From assembly GCA_028864975.1 (NCBI GenBank), contig JAGWLG010000007.1, forward strand, positions 32,001-96,000: DNA of 64,000 nucleotides. The letters are read 5' to 3'. Below the pieces are notes generated by a model, which saw nothing but the letters and a program-made list of their open reading frames with translations, was not told where the DNA came from and did no database searches. This stretch comes from Thermoplasmata archaeon (GTDB lineage Archaea; Thermoplasmatota; Thermoplasmata; Lutacidiplasmatales; UBA184). The position numbers and the translations under genes were made by a program. This document shows, one piece after another, positions 1 to 8,485 of the stretch (its first letter is position 1; each line of letters starts with the position of its first letter).

Positions 1-65
1 ACGTACAACAGGAACAGGTTTCGGGCCCCCGATGACTCGGGGGCCCGGAGGGTTGCGAAGAGGTG

Positions 66-383
66 TCAGCCGAAGAGGGCCGAGAGACCCGCGGACGCCT
101 CCTCCTCGGAGACGGCCGGCTTCTCTTCTTCCTTCTTCTTCTCTTCCTTCTTCTCGCCGCCCGCGTGGGCCGCAGGCGCCGCCGCGGCCGGAGCTGCGAC
201 GGCCATGGTCTCGGCTTTCGCCAGGACGTCCTTGATGTTCACTCCCTCTAGGGAGGCCACCAGGGCTTTCACCCGGGCCGCGTCGCTCTGCACCCCGGCG
301 GCCGTGAGGACGCCGTTGATGCCCTTTTCGTCGATGGGTTTCCCTGCCGCGTGGAGCAGCATTGCGCCGTAGACGTACTGCAT
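66..383 (-). CDS. rpl12: 50S ribosomal protein L12 (archaeal stalk P1)
   Basis: [16 protein letters not shown]-terminus, Ala-rich hinge, acidic stretch and C-terminal GLSALFG. Confidence 0.97.
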   Translation of the reverse strand: MQYVYGAMLLHAAGKPIDEKGINGVLTAAGVQSDAARVKALVASLEGVNIKDVLAKAETMAVAAPAAAAPAAHAGGEKKEEKKKEEEKPAVSEEEASAGLSALFG

Positions 384-401
384 GTCTCTCTCCCTCCGAA
401 T

Positions 402-1304
402 TCACTTCGTGTGGAGCGTCTCGACCGCCCGGGCCTGCCGTTCGGCCTTCATGAGAAGGGCCTCGACGGTCTCGGGCGTGGGGAAGGCCGTGTCCAAGGC
501 GAGGGCTCTGGCCTCGCGGTAGGCACGGGCGAGCAGGTGGGGAATCGTCTCGGGCGAGGCCCAAGCGAGCTCCACGGCGAGCTTCAATGCCTGGCGGTGC
601 GCGACACCGAAGTCCGCGCGCAGCACGTCCAGGTCGACCGCGAGCGAATCGCGGGGGTAGAAGAAGTCCGCTTCGACCGCCCCGCGGAGCATGAGCCCCA
701 CCTCGAGCGGGAGGATCTCGAGCCGGGTGAGCATCGTCGCGACCTCGCGAGAGATGACCGCCCCTTGCTTCACGATGGTCGTGTCCTTCTTCATCACGAC
801 CTTCCCCTTCTCGATCGCCGCGGGGAAACCGGCGTGCTGGAGCTCGCCCACGATCGGGCCGGGCTTGAAGGACGTCTCACCGGCCTGGACGACGATGTCC
901 TTGGGCGCGTGCTCGCCCCCGCGGGCGGCGGCCGGCTGACGGGTCTTGTCCAGCGACCCGTAGACCACGAAGGGATTCGCCTTGGACATCAGGAGCGCGG
1001 TCTGGTCCGAGACCAGCGGGAGGAGCTGCTTCAACGCCGGGCGCGACTTCGCCGCCTGCTCGAGCGCGTGGCCGATCTGCGAGTTCGGGGCCACACGGAT
1101 CGGGCTCCCCTTGGCCGCCAGGTCGCGTCGCATCGACTGCAGCGCGGCGGCAGGGACCCCCCGGATGGCGACCACCGCGACAACGGGGTGATCGGCGATC
1201 TCCTTGGCCAGCCGCTTGACGGCGTCCTTCTTGCGCTGGCGGGTGGGGCTCGTCTCAACAGCGTGGTGGGCGGCAGAAGAGGTCGAGTGAGCGGCAGCGG
1301 CCAT
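402..1304 (-). CDS. rpl10: 50S ribosomal protein L10 (acidic P0)
   Basis: GETSFKPGPIVGELQHAGFPAAIEKGKV motif; lies between rpl1 and rpl12. Confidence 0.96.
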   Translation of the reverse strand: MAAAAHSTSSAAHHAVETSPTRQRKKDAVKRLAKEIADHPVVAVVAIRGVPAAALQSMRRDLAAKGSPIRVAPNSQIGHALEQAAKSRPALKQLLPLVSDQTALLMSKANPFVVYGSLDKTRQPAAARGGEHAPKDIVVQAGETSFKPGPIVGELQHAGFPAAIEKGKVVMKKDTTIVKQGAVISREVATMLTRLEILPLEVGLMLRGAVEADFFYPRDSLAVDLDVLRADFGVAHRQALKLAVELAWASPETIPHLLARAYREARALALDTAFPTPETVEALLMKAERQARAVETLHTK

Positions 1305-1332
1305 CGGTTCCCCTTCCTCCCTTACGTCCGGT

Positions 1333-1971
1333 TCACCAGAGTCGAACGGCCGGTCCCATCGAGGTCTTCACGTAGACGCTCGCGATGTTGTGCCGTCCCC
1401 TCTCGAGCTTGCCCACGACGCGGTTGAGGACCAACTGCAGGTTCTCCGCGAGCTGCTCAGGGGGCATGCTTCGGATCCCGAGCGGGGCGTGGAAGGTGCG
1501 CTTCCCTTTGTTGCGGACCCGGATCCCTTGCTTCAAGTTCTTGATGATGGAGGTCGGGTCGCTGCCGGGGGGGATGGGCCGCGGCACCTTGCCTCGCGGG
1601 CCCATCACGGGACCGAGCTTCTTTCCGATGAGGGGCATCATCGGGGCTTCGGCCAGGAAGAAATCGATCGCGTTCACCTGCTTGCGGGAGATGCGCTTGG
1701 TCTTGAACAGCTCATCCATCTGGTCGGGGGTGATCACGAGATCCGCGACGCTGCGGACCTTCTGGGCCATCTCGTTGCTGCCGAAGACCCCGACCTTGAT
1801 CGTCTTGCCCCGGCCCTTCGGGAGGATGACCTCCTCCTCGACACGGTTCTTCGGGAGGGTGAGGTCCAGCTCCTTGAGGTTGATCGCGACCTCGACCGTC
1901 TCCGTGAACTTGCGTTCCGGGGCGGCCTTGAGGGCCTCCTGGATGGCCTCGACGGGGGTCTTTTCCGCCAT
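1333..1971 (-). CDS. rpl1: 50S ribosomal protein L1
   Basis: RKFTETVEVAINLK, LGPVMGPRGKVP and VKTSMGP motifs; start placed at ATG 1971 (MAEKTP). Confidence 0.96.
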   Translation of the reverse strand: MAEKTPVEAIQEALKAAPERKFTETVEVAINLKELDLTLPKNRVEEEVILPKGRGKTIKVGVFGSNEMAQKVRSVADLVITPDQMDELFKTKRISRKQVNAIDFFLAEAPMMPLIGKKLGPVMGPRGKVPRPIPPGSDPTSIIKNLKQGIRVRNKGKRTFHAPLGIRSMPPEQLAENLQLVLNRVVGKLERGRHNIASVYVKTSMGPAVRLW

Positions 1972-2005
1972 GGGAGTTCCGAGCGGCGGCGCCAGAAGAA
2001 GGTGC

Positions 2006-2013
2006 ATATAAAA
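2006..2013 (-). promoter_or_regulatory. TATA box of the rpl1-rpl10-rpl12 operon
   Basis: TTTTATAT on the minus strand ~35 nt upstream of the rpl1 ATG in otherwise GC-rich DNA. Confidence 0.55.
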
Positions 2014-2069
2014 GGGTAGGGACGCGGCCCTCGGCGCCGGGTGGTGCTGCGAGCTGCCCCGCGCGGTCC

Positions 2070-3458
2070 CTAGCAGTTCGCCGAGGAGGGGGGCTCGACG
2101 GGAATCTGTCCGCTCCCTTGGGTGGTAGTCCCCCCCGAGCTGTACGTTGCCGAGACGACAAGGAGTCCCCCCGCCGCGTCATTGGCCGGCACGGTCCCGG
2201 TGACCGAGGTCCAGATGACATCGCCCGAGCCTCCTCCCGCGGACTGGCCCGTGATGAGGACATCTCCGGGGAGGCCCGAGACCATCACCGTTTGCCCGGC
2301 CAAGGTTACCGTGGCGCCCGACAAGGGGTACCTGTTCTTGTCCGACACTGAAACCTTGAGCGCGACGTTGGCGTGGGCGTTCACGGCGAAGCTGCAGCTT
2401 CCATCGGGGCGGGTCGTGAAACAGGCGCTGTCGCCGCCGACCGCCGTATTGCATGAGGGATAGTCCGGTTGAGAGATGGTCGTGCTGCCATCCCCCGCCA
2501 CATCGTATGTCATCGACCCGATCGAGGGGGCCACGTACCCTCCGCAGGTCTGCGAAAGCGACTGAGAGAGGGCGATGGCGCCAGTGGTCGCGTTGAAGAT
2601 CACTTCGAACTCGGGATAGGTTCCTCGCGGCTCACCGGGAGATGAGGTGAGACAGACCCCGACCAGCATCGCCCAGTAGGTCCCTGCGGCAAAACCGCCT
2701 CCGTATGACTGCGTGAACCGTATCACTCCAAGCTCCACGCTCGCGTTCGGGTAGGACTTGAAGGTCTGGGCCGCTCCTGCGGCCATACCGTCGCTGGCGG
2801 CCTGCGTACTGTCCATGATCCCGGTCGGGATGGCTCCAAGGGAGCCCACGGGGATGGACGTGCACGTCGACAGGCTGGCTGCGGAGCCGTTCTCGACCAC
2901 CACAGCGAGGGAGGCATAGGAGTTCGGCGCCACGAGCTTCTCGTAGAAGAACGCCCAGTCCGGAGCGAGCCCCCCGGTCGTGGACCCGATCATCGCCGGG
3001 ACCCACATGGTACTGCAGCTTCCCTGGCCGCCTTCGCGGTAGGCCTGGGGAGAGGAGATCGCGATGGCCTCGTAGAGCATCCAACCTCCGCCCTGGTCGC
3101 CTTGGGCATAGGGGTCGGCCATGGCACGGGCCTGGGCAAACGACATGCCGTTCGTCGTCGGTCCCGGAGGGTGCCCGAGCCCGAGGGGATTGCCGAGCGG
3201 GGCGGAGCCCAGGGAGGGTGCCACGACGAAGAGGACCAGGAGCGCGGCGACGACCACAACAACGAGGACACCCACGAGGCGGAGCGAGTGGGTTGAAGGA
3301 CGAGGGGCGTAGGCAGGGGCTGGACCATAGCCGAGCCCTCCCGCGGGAGGAGGATAGACGACGCTTCCGCATTGGGGACAGGGGGTCGGTGAGGCGGCCG
3401 GCGTGAAGGCGCCGCACCGAGGGCACGGGAGCCAAGGAACCGTGCCAGGGGTCGCCAA
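2070..3458 (-). CDS. Membrane-anchored protein: N-terminal zinc ribbon, one TM helix, large extracellular domain (possible PepSY-like segments)
   Basis: CPRCG..CPQCG; LVGVLVVVVVAALLVLFVV; Ser/Thr/Gly-rich Cys-paired ectodomain; segments MSFAQARAMA, MDSTQAASDG and EVIFNATTG. Confidence 0.75.
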   Translation of the reverse strand: MATPGTVPWLPCPRCGAFTPAASPTPCPQCGSVVYPPPAGGLGYGPAPAYAPRPSTHSLRLVGVLVVVVVAALLVLFVVAPSLGSAPLGNPLGLGHPPGPTTNGMSFAQARAMADPYAQGDQGGGWMLYEAIAISSPQAYREGGQGSCSTMWVPAMIGSTTGGLAPDWAFFYEKLVAPNSYASLAVVVENGSAASLSTCTSIPVGSLGAIPTGIMDSTQAASDGMAAGAAQTFKSYPNASVELGVIRFTQSYGGGFAAGTYWAMLVGVCLTSSPGEPRGTYPEFEVIFNATTGAIALSQSLSQTCGGYVAPSIGSMTYDVAGDGSTTISQPDYPSCNTAVGGDSACFTTRPDGSCSFAVNAHANVALKVSVSDKNRYPLSGATVTLAGQTVMVSGLPGDVLITGQSAGGGSGDVIWTSVTGTVPANDAAGGLLVVSATYSSGGTTTQGSGQIPVEPPSSANC

Positions 3459-3531
3459 AGAGCCTCCGGGCTGGACTATGCGTCCAGGTCGCAGAAATAC
3501 CTCTCGTTGTCGCGAGGAGGGGCTCCCGAAG

Positions 3532-3825
3532 TCAGGGAGCTGGCGTCTCGCGCTCGGCGACAGGAAGCCCTCGGTGGTCCTCCTGCCCGCAGCAGGCGAG
3601 CGGGTTCAGTCCGTGCCGGCAGACCCCGACCGTTCCCGAGCTCTCGTGGACGAAGCCCATCCCATCGACGAACCTCAGCGTCCCCTCGCACCAGTGGCAG
3701 ATCTTCGGGGCGGCGTACGAGGCTTGCCTCGCCTTCGAGCAGGCAGGGCAAAGGTCGCTCGGTCGCTCTTCCCCGTCCTCGTTCCCGACGACGATCCCGC
3801 AGTTCCAGCAACGGTAGAACGGCAT
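3532..3825 (-). CDS. Small Cys-rich putative zinc-binding protein (97 aa)
   Basis: MPFYRCWNC..CPAC..CHWC..CRHG..CC; CTTAAG TATA-like box ~45 nt upstream. Confidence 0.65.
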   Translation of the reverse strand: MPFYRCWNCGIVVGNEDGEERPSDLCPACSKARQASYAAPKICHWCEGTLRFVDGMGFVHESSGTVGVCRHGLNPLACCGQEDHRGLPVAERETPAP

Positions 3826-4029
3826 GCGACCTCGTGCGAACGCTCTTCCTGCGATAGGTGCGCGGCGACTTAAGGAAGTTCGGGGCTCGGCGCGTGACCC
3901 CGCGGGTCCCCACCGCGGGGTGCTCGACAACCTAAACCAAATAATACGAACAGAATGTGGCTCCAGCCCAAGCGGGGCCCGAGGGTTCGTGCCAGAACGA
4001 GCCTTGGGCTTTGCCCTGACAGGGAGACG

Positions 4030-5733
4030 ATGACCGAGCTGCTAACCGAGGTCCGAAAGCTCGGGTCCTCCTGGGCGCAGTTCGATGCCTATTGGGCCCA
4101 ACCCGCGAAGCACGCGAAGTCGGCGCCCGGGCTCGTGATCATCCACACGATCCTCGGGCTCACGGAGCACGAGAAGGCGCTCGCACGGACCTTCGCCGAG
4201 CTGGGGTTCGTCTGCGTGGCTCCGGACCTGTACAGCCACCAACGGATGCAGGTCCCCCCTGAAGACGCCCAGGAGGTCGAACGAATCCTCCGGGACGTTC
4301 CCTTCAATGGGACCTTCGTTCCGGGATTCGAGAAGGCGATCGCCTCCAGGTCGCGACAGGACCAGGAGCGCCTCCGCAAGGCTGCCCGCGTCGGGGTCTT
4401 CGCGCCGGACCCGAACGCCCTCTCGGACCTCAAGGTGTGCGTCTCGACGCTCTGCGCCACCCCGGGGGTCGATCACCGGGGGGTCACCTGCATCGGGCTC
4501 AGCATGGGGGGAGGTTACGCATGGACGCTGGCGACCGTGGAGCCCCGGGTCCTAGCGACGGTCGTCTACTACGGTCGGCCGCTCCTCCCGTACGACCAGC
4601 TCCAGAAGCTCAAGGGACCGGTCCTCGCCGTCCACGCGGGGGAGGACACTCGCCTCCTCGAACTGCTCCCCGAGATCGAGGCGGAGATGTCCTCCCAGGG
4701 GCGCTCTTTCACGCACATCACCTACCCCAAGGTGCACCACGGATTCCTGAACCCCGAGGTCTCGGCCTACCACCAGGGATGCGCTCAGGACGCGATCCTT
4801 CAGGCCCTGGCCTTCTTGAAAGAGGTCGAAGGGTCGATCCCCAAGGAGGCCGAGAAGGCCCTGGAGAGCCGGCTCCTGCCCGCCGACGCCGCCCCGCCCG
4901 GGCGCGCGGTTCCCTCCCTCGCGGAGGCGCCCCCGGTCCAAGTTCCTCGCCCCTCTGCGGAGGCCGAAGCGGTCCCGGTCGCGGCAGTGGCCGCGACGTC
5001 CGTGGCCCCTCCTACCGAACCTGAGGGGGAGGCCGCCTCGGAGGAGGTCGCAGCAGAGGTGCCTGCGGAGGTGGATGTGGAGGCCTCGGCGGAGGCGCCA
5101 GAGCTCGAATCCTCGGAGGAGCTCCAAGCCGAGCTCTCGGAGGAGGAAGAGACCAACGAGGTGGAAGAGGAGGCGGAGGAACAGGAAGCGCCGAAGGTGG
5201 AGGCGGCCCCGGAACCTTCCACTCCCGAACCCTCGAAGCCGGTCGCGGAAGGGCCGGCCCAAGAGGAGCTCCCCGCGGACCCGGTCGCCGCCTCGACAAC
5301 CCGCCCCAGCCCTCCTGTTCGCCCGTCGGCCGCTTCAGCTCCCCCGGCGACACGATCGAAGGCCGCCGTTAGTGCCGCCGAGGTCGAACTGCTTCTGAAA
5401 GGGGTCGCCCCGGTAGGCGCGTCGAGGAAGGGGTCCCCTCGAGCTCATGAGGAGCCTCCGGCGAAGCCCACCCTGGCCGCGGAGGGCTCCAAGGCGCGTT
5501 CAACCCCCGCCCCCAAGCCCGCGCGCCCGTCCGCCCGCGAAAAGGAACGCGAGCGGGAACGGGAGAAGGAGCGGGAGCGGGAAAGGCAGAAGGAGAAGGA
5601 AAGGGAAAAGGAGCGCTTGGCCCAGCGTGAGCGGGAGAAGGCTCGCGAGAAGGCCAAGGAGAAGCCCAAAGAGAAGCCGGGGAAGGGCAAGGAACCCGAG
5701 AGGACGAAGGCCGCTTCCCGCAAGGCTAAATAG
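4030..5733 (+). CDS. Dienelactone hydrolase-family alpha/beta hydrolase with long disordered acidic/basic C-terminal extension
   Basis: PGLVIIHTILGLTEH, GFVCVAPDLY, GLSMGG, HAGED and YPKVHHGF motifs; ATG 4030 preceded by AGGGAG. Confidence 0.85.
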   Translation: MTELLTEVRKLGSSWAQFDAYWAQPAKHAKSAPGLVIIHTILGLTEHEKALARTFAELGFVCVAPDLYSHQRMQVPPEDAQEVERILRDVPFNGTFVPGFEKAIASRSRQDQERLRKAARVGVFAPDPNALSDLKVCVSTLCATPGVDHRGVTCIGLSMGGGYAWTLATVEPRVLATVVYYGRPLLPYDQLQKLKGPVLAVHAGEDTRLLELLPEIEAEMSSQGRSFTHITYPKVHHGFLNPEVSAYHQGCAQDAILQALAFLKEVEGSIPKEAEKALESRLLPADAAPPGRAVPSLAEAPPVQVPRPSAEAEAVPVAAVAATSVAPPTEPEGEAASEEVAAEVPAEVDVEASAEAPELESSEELQAELSEEEETNEVEEEAEEQEAPKVEAAPEPSTPEPSKPVAEGPAQEELPADPVAASTTRPSPPVRPSAASAPPATRSKAAVSAAEVELLLKGVAPVGASRKGSPRAHEEPPAKPTLAAEGSKARSTPAPKPARPSAREKEREREREKERERERQKEKEREKERLAQREREKAREKAKEKPKEKPGKGKEPERTKAASRKAK

Positions 5734-5757
5734 AGCATCTCGCTCGGCGGCCCGCCC

Positions 5758-6045
5758 ATGCATTTCCCGAAGGAGATCAAGACGTACTGCCCGAAGTGCA
5801 AGACGCACACGGACCACGACGTCGAGAAGGGCAAGAAGCGGACCGCGAGCGAGCTCGCCTGGGGTCAGCGACGCTTCCGCCGCGCCCAGCGGGGGTACGG
5901 AGGGTTCCCCCGACCGAAGCCGGAGGGCCGCGCGAAAGCCGTCCGCCGGGTCTACCTCAAGTACCGTTGTCAGAAGTGCAAGTACGTGGTCCAGCCCAGG
6001 TCGTTCCGCTCGAGCCAGCTCGAGCTCACGGACAAGGGGAAGTGA
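5758..6045 (+). CDS. rpl44e: 50S ribosomal protein L44e
   Basis: KTYCPKCKTHT, WGQRRF..GYGGFPRP and LKYRCQKC. Confidence 0.96.
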   Translation: MHFPKEIKTYCPKCKTHTDHDVEKGKKRTASELAWGQRRFRRAQRGYGGFPRPKPEGRAKAVRRVYLKYRCQKCKYVVQPRSFRSSQLELTDKGK

Positions 6046-6257
6046 TGGCGCCGGAAGAAGAGGGCCTCCCGCCCGAGAACGCGCCCCGCCCACGCGCACC
6101 GTTCGTCGTCGTGAAGTGCAAGGACTGCTCGAAGGAGCATGTCGTCTTCTCCCGACCCGCGACCTCGGTCAACTGCAGCATCTGCGGGGCTCCGCTCGCG
6201 CGCCCCACGGGGGGCCGCGGCAACTTCCTGGGCGAGGTCGTCCGGACGGTGGCGTGA
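6045..6257 (+). CDS. rps27e: 30S ribosomal protein S27e
   Basis: FVVVKCKDC..VVFSRPATSVNCSICG..LARPTGG; ATG overlaps the rpl44e stop. Confidence 0.94.
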   Translation: MAPEEEGLPPENAPRPRAPFVVVKCKDCSKEHVVFSRPATSVNCSICGAPLARPTGGRGNFLGEVVRTVA

Positions 6258-6296
6258 GCCCTTCCCTCCGGAGGGGGAAGGGACGGGGGTCGGAGG

Positions 6297-7073
6297 ATGC
6301 CACTACGAGGAGAGTTCCCCGAAGAGGGGGAACATGTGGTCGCGACCGTCCAGTCCGTGCGCAATTTCGGGGCGTTCGTCGCCCTCGACGAGTACGAGAG
6401 CCGGGAGGCGTTCATCCATCTTTCCGAGGTCGCGACGGGGTGGGTCAAGTACATCCGTGACTACATCCGGGAAGGTCAGAAGATCGTCGCGCGGGTCATC
6501 CACGTGGACCGGGACAGCAAGCAGATCGACCTGTCCTTGAAGCGCATCAACGAGCACCAGCGCCGGGAGAAGCTTCAGACCTGGAAGAACGAACAGCGGG
6601 CGGACCGTCTCCTGACCGTGGTCGCCCAGTCGCTCAAGCTCGACCTTCCGCAGGCCTACCAGCAGTTCGGGGAGGGGCTCGTCGAGAAGTACGGCTCCCT
6701 GTTCAAGGCCTTCGAGGTCGCGTCGCTCGAGCCCAAGAAGGTCGCCCAGGACGGGTTCAAGGGGGCCTGGGTCCAGGCTTTCACCAAGGTCGCCCGGGAG
6801 AACATCTCCCCTCCCAAGGTCTCGGTCTCCGGCATCCTGGAGGTCGCCCACCCCGGGTCGGACGGGGTCGTCCACGTGCGCCAGGCTCTGGCCGAGGCGG
6901 AAGCGGTCTCGCCCGAGACCGTCGAGGTCCAGTACGTGGGAGCGCCGAAGTACCGCGTTGTCGTCTCCGGCACCCAGTACAAGCAGGCGGAGGAGATCCT
7001 CCGGAAGGCCAGCGACGCCGCCCTCTCGACCATCAAGTCCTCCGGGGGCCGAGGGAACTTCACCCACGCGTGA
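6297..7073 (+). CDS. eif2a: Translation initiation factor 2 subunit alpha
   Basis: S1 domain FGAFVALDEY..FIHLSEVATGWVK and C-terminal YVGAPKYRV. Confidence 0.96.
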   Translation: MPLRGEFPEEGEHVVATVQSVRNFGAFVALDEYESREAFIHLSEVATGWVKYIRDYIREGQKIVARVIHVDRDSKQIDLSLKRINEHQRREKLQTWKNEQRADRLLTVVAQSLKLDLPQAYQQFGEGLVEKYGSLFKAFEVASLEPKKVAQDGFKGAWVQAFTKVARENISPPKVSVSGILEVAHPGSDGVVHVRQALAEAEAVSPETVEVQYVGAPKYRVVVSGTQYKQAEEILRKASDAALSTIKSSGGRGNFTHA

Positions 7074-7089
7074 GGTCTTCTGCCCGGCC

Positions 7090-7323
7090 ATGACCATGAC
7101 GAACGCGGAGCTGCGCCGCTGCCGCGCCTGCCACCGCTACACCTTCCAGGAGACCTGCCCTCAGTGCAAGGCCACCACCGGGAACCCACACCCCGCCCGT
7201 TGGTCGCCCGAGGACCGCTACGCACGCTACCGGCGTGCGCTGCTCGCCGAGGTCGCGGCCCGGGCCGTCTCCCCTGAGCCGGGGGGCACCGTCGAGGGCT
7301 CCCCGCCCTCCGAGCAGCATTAA
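7090..7323 (+). CDS. nop10: H/ACA RNP protein Nop10
   Basis: RRCRAC..YTF..CPQC..HPARWSPEDRYARYR; conserved position after aIF2-alpha. Confidence 0.93.
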   Translation: MTMTNAELRRCRACHRYTFQETCPQCKATTGNPHPARWSPEDRYARYRRALLAEVAARAVSPEPGGTVEGSPPSEQH

Positions 7324-7350
7324 GAGGCGCGGAGCCTTTCGGGGGCTCTG

Positions 7351-7863
7351 ATGCAGCAGCGGATCAAGGTCGTGAACGAGATTAGCGACCTCGTGCCGGT
7401 GCTCCGGGCAGTCGACTCTCCCCTCAAGCTCCAGCTCTTCCAGCGGCTGGCCGAGACCTGGCTCACGCTCCAGGACATCGAGACCGAGTTCGGGAAGGAG
7501 GGCGTGAAGGTCCTGGGCTTCTTCGAGAAGTTGAAGCTCGTCGACTCCCGGTGGGTCTCTCGAGAGGGAAGGAAGACCCCGGACAAGAGCTTCCACAGCT
7601 ACTACTCCACGGTCAACATCAACACGACGGCGCCCCTCTCGGAGATCTCGGAGATCCTCTCCGTCGCCTCGATGGCCGACAAGGACTACGGGCGACTGGA
7701 GAAGCAGATCATGGATTGTGTCGGAGACCAGGGCCGGTTCTTCTCCGACGTCGCGGAGGAGCTCAAGATGAGCCCGACCCGCCTCAAAGGCCTCATCAAG
7801 AGGTCCGAACGGCTCGAGTTCCGGGGCCACCGGATCGAGCGCTTGAACGGCTCCCGCGACTGA
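7351..7863 (+). CDS. Conserved archaeal ArsR-like HTH protein
   Basis: RIKVVNEISDLVPVL..WLTLQDIE..LKLVDSRW..KSFHSYY; second HTH near the C-terminus; adjacent to trm56. Confidence 0.75.
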   Translation: MQQRIKVVNEISDLVPVLRAVDSPLKLQLFQRLAETWLTLQDIETEFGKEGVKVLGFFEKLKLVDSRWVSREGRKTPDKSFHSYYSTVNINTTAPLSEISEILSVASMADKDYGRLEKQIMDCVGDQGRFFSDVAEELKMSPTRLKGLIKRSERLEFRGHRIERLNGSRD

Positions 7864-7867
7864 CCCG

Positions 7868-8485
7868 ATGGGCGAAGGCGATCGCCGACCCCGCGTCGAG
7901 GTGCTGCGTCTGGGTCATCGCCCCTCTCGCGACCCCCGGCTCACGACCCACCTCGCGCTCACGGCCCGGGCCTTCGGCGCCGGCGCGATCCATGTCGAGC
8001 CTCCGGACCTCTCCCTTGCCGAACGGGTGAGGTCGGCGACCGAGCGGTTCGGAGGGGAGTTCCGCGTCGAAGGGGTCCGTGCGTGGCGACCCTTCCTCAA
8101 GGGATGGGCGGGGACCACCGTCCATCTGACGATGTACGGAGAGGACCTGGACGAGGTAGCTCCTCGTCTCAAGGTCGCTCCCGGGCCGTTCCTGGTCATT
8201 GTCGGGGGCCCGAAGGTCCCTCGGGAGGTCTACGAGCTCTCCACGTTCAACGTCGCGGTCACCCATCAGCCCCACAGCGAAGTGGCCGCGCTCGCGCTCA
8301 CGCTGGACCGGCTCCTCGGGACGCCCCGGGAGGAGCTTCGGCCGCGGGCGAGGCTCCAGGTCCTTCCTCACCCGAGGGGCAAGAAGGTGGTCGACCACGA
8401 AGGCCGCGCCGTGGACGGGTCGTCGGCCGACACGGAAGATCTCGAGGACGAGCCCGCTCCTCCCCCGGCTCTGGGGTCTCCATGA
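7868..8485 (+). CDS. trm56: tRNA (cytidine(56)-2'-O)-methyltransferase
   Basis: VLRLGHRPSRDPRLTTHLALTARAFGA, VHLTMYG and VTHQPHSEVAALA. Confidence 0.95.
   Translation: MGEGDRRPRVEVLRLGHRPSRDPRLTTHLALTARAFGAGAIHVEPPDLSLAERVRSATERFGGEFRVEGVRAWRPFLKGWAGTTVHLTMYGEDLDEVAPRLKVAPGPFLVIVGGPKVPREVYELSTFNVAVTHQPHSEVAALALTLDRLLGTPREELRPRARLQVLPHPRGKKVVDHEGRAVDGSSADTEDLEDEPAPPPALGSP

Noticed and set aside
351-1427. Long antisense ORFs (e.g. 351-1427, 10333-11532, 17276-18307, 40467-41858, 57044-58339)
   Set aside because: Mirror frames of well-identified genes, expected at high GC
1900-1971. L1 translational operator inside the rpl1 5' coding region, as in Methanococcus
   Set aside because: A GGAGG-containing stem is possible but I could not match it to the 23S rRNA L1 site without folding or alignment
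5540-5700. GA-rich nucleotide repeats (also 120-155, 27540-27680, 52790-52870)
   Set aside because: Explained by low-complexity protein sequence (KE/RE, poly-Pro, EK tracts), not independent DNA repeats
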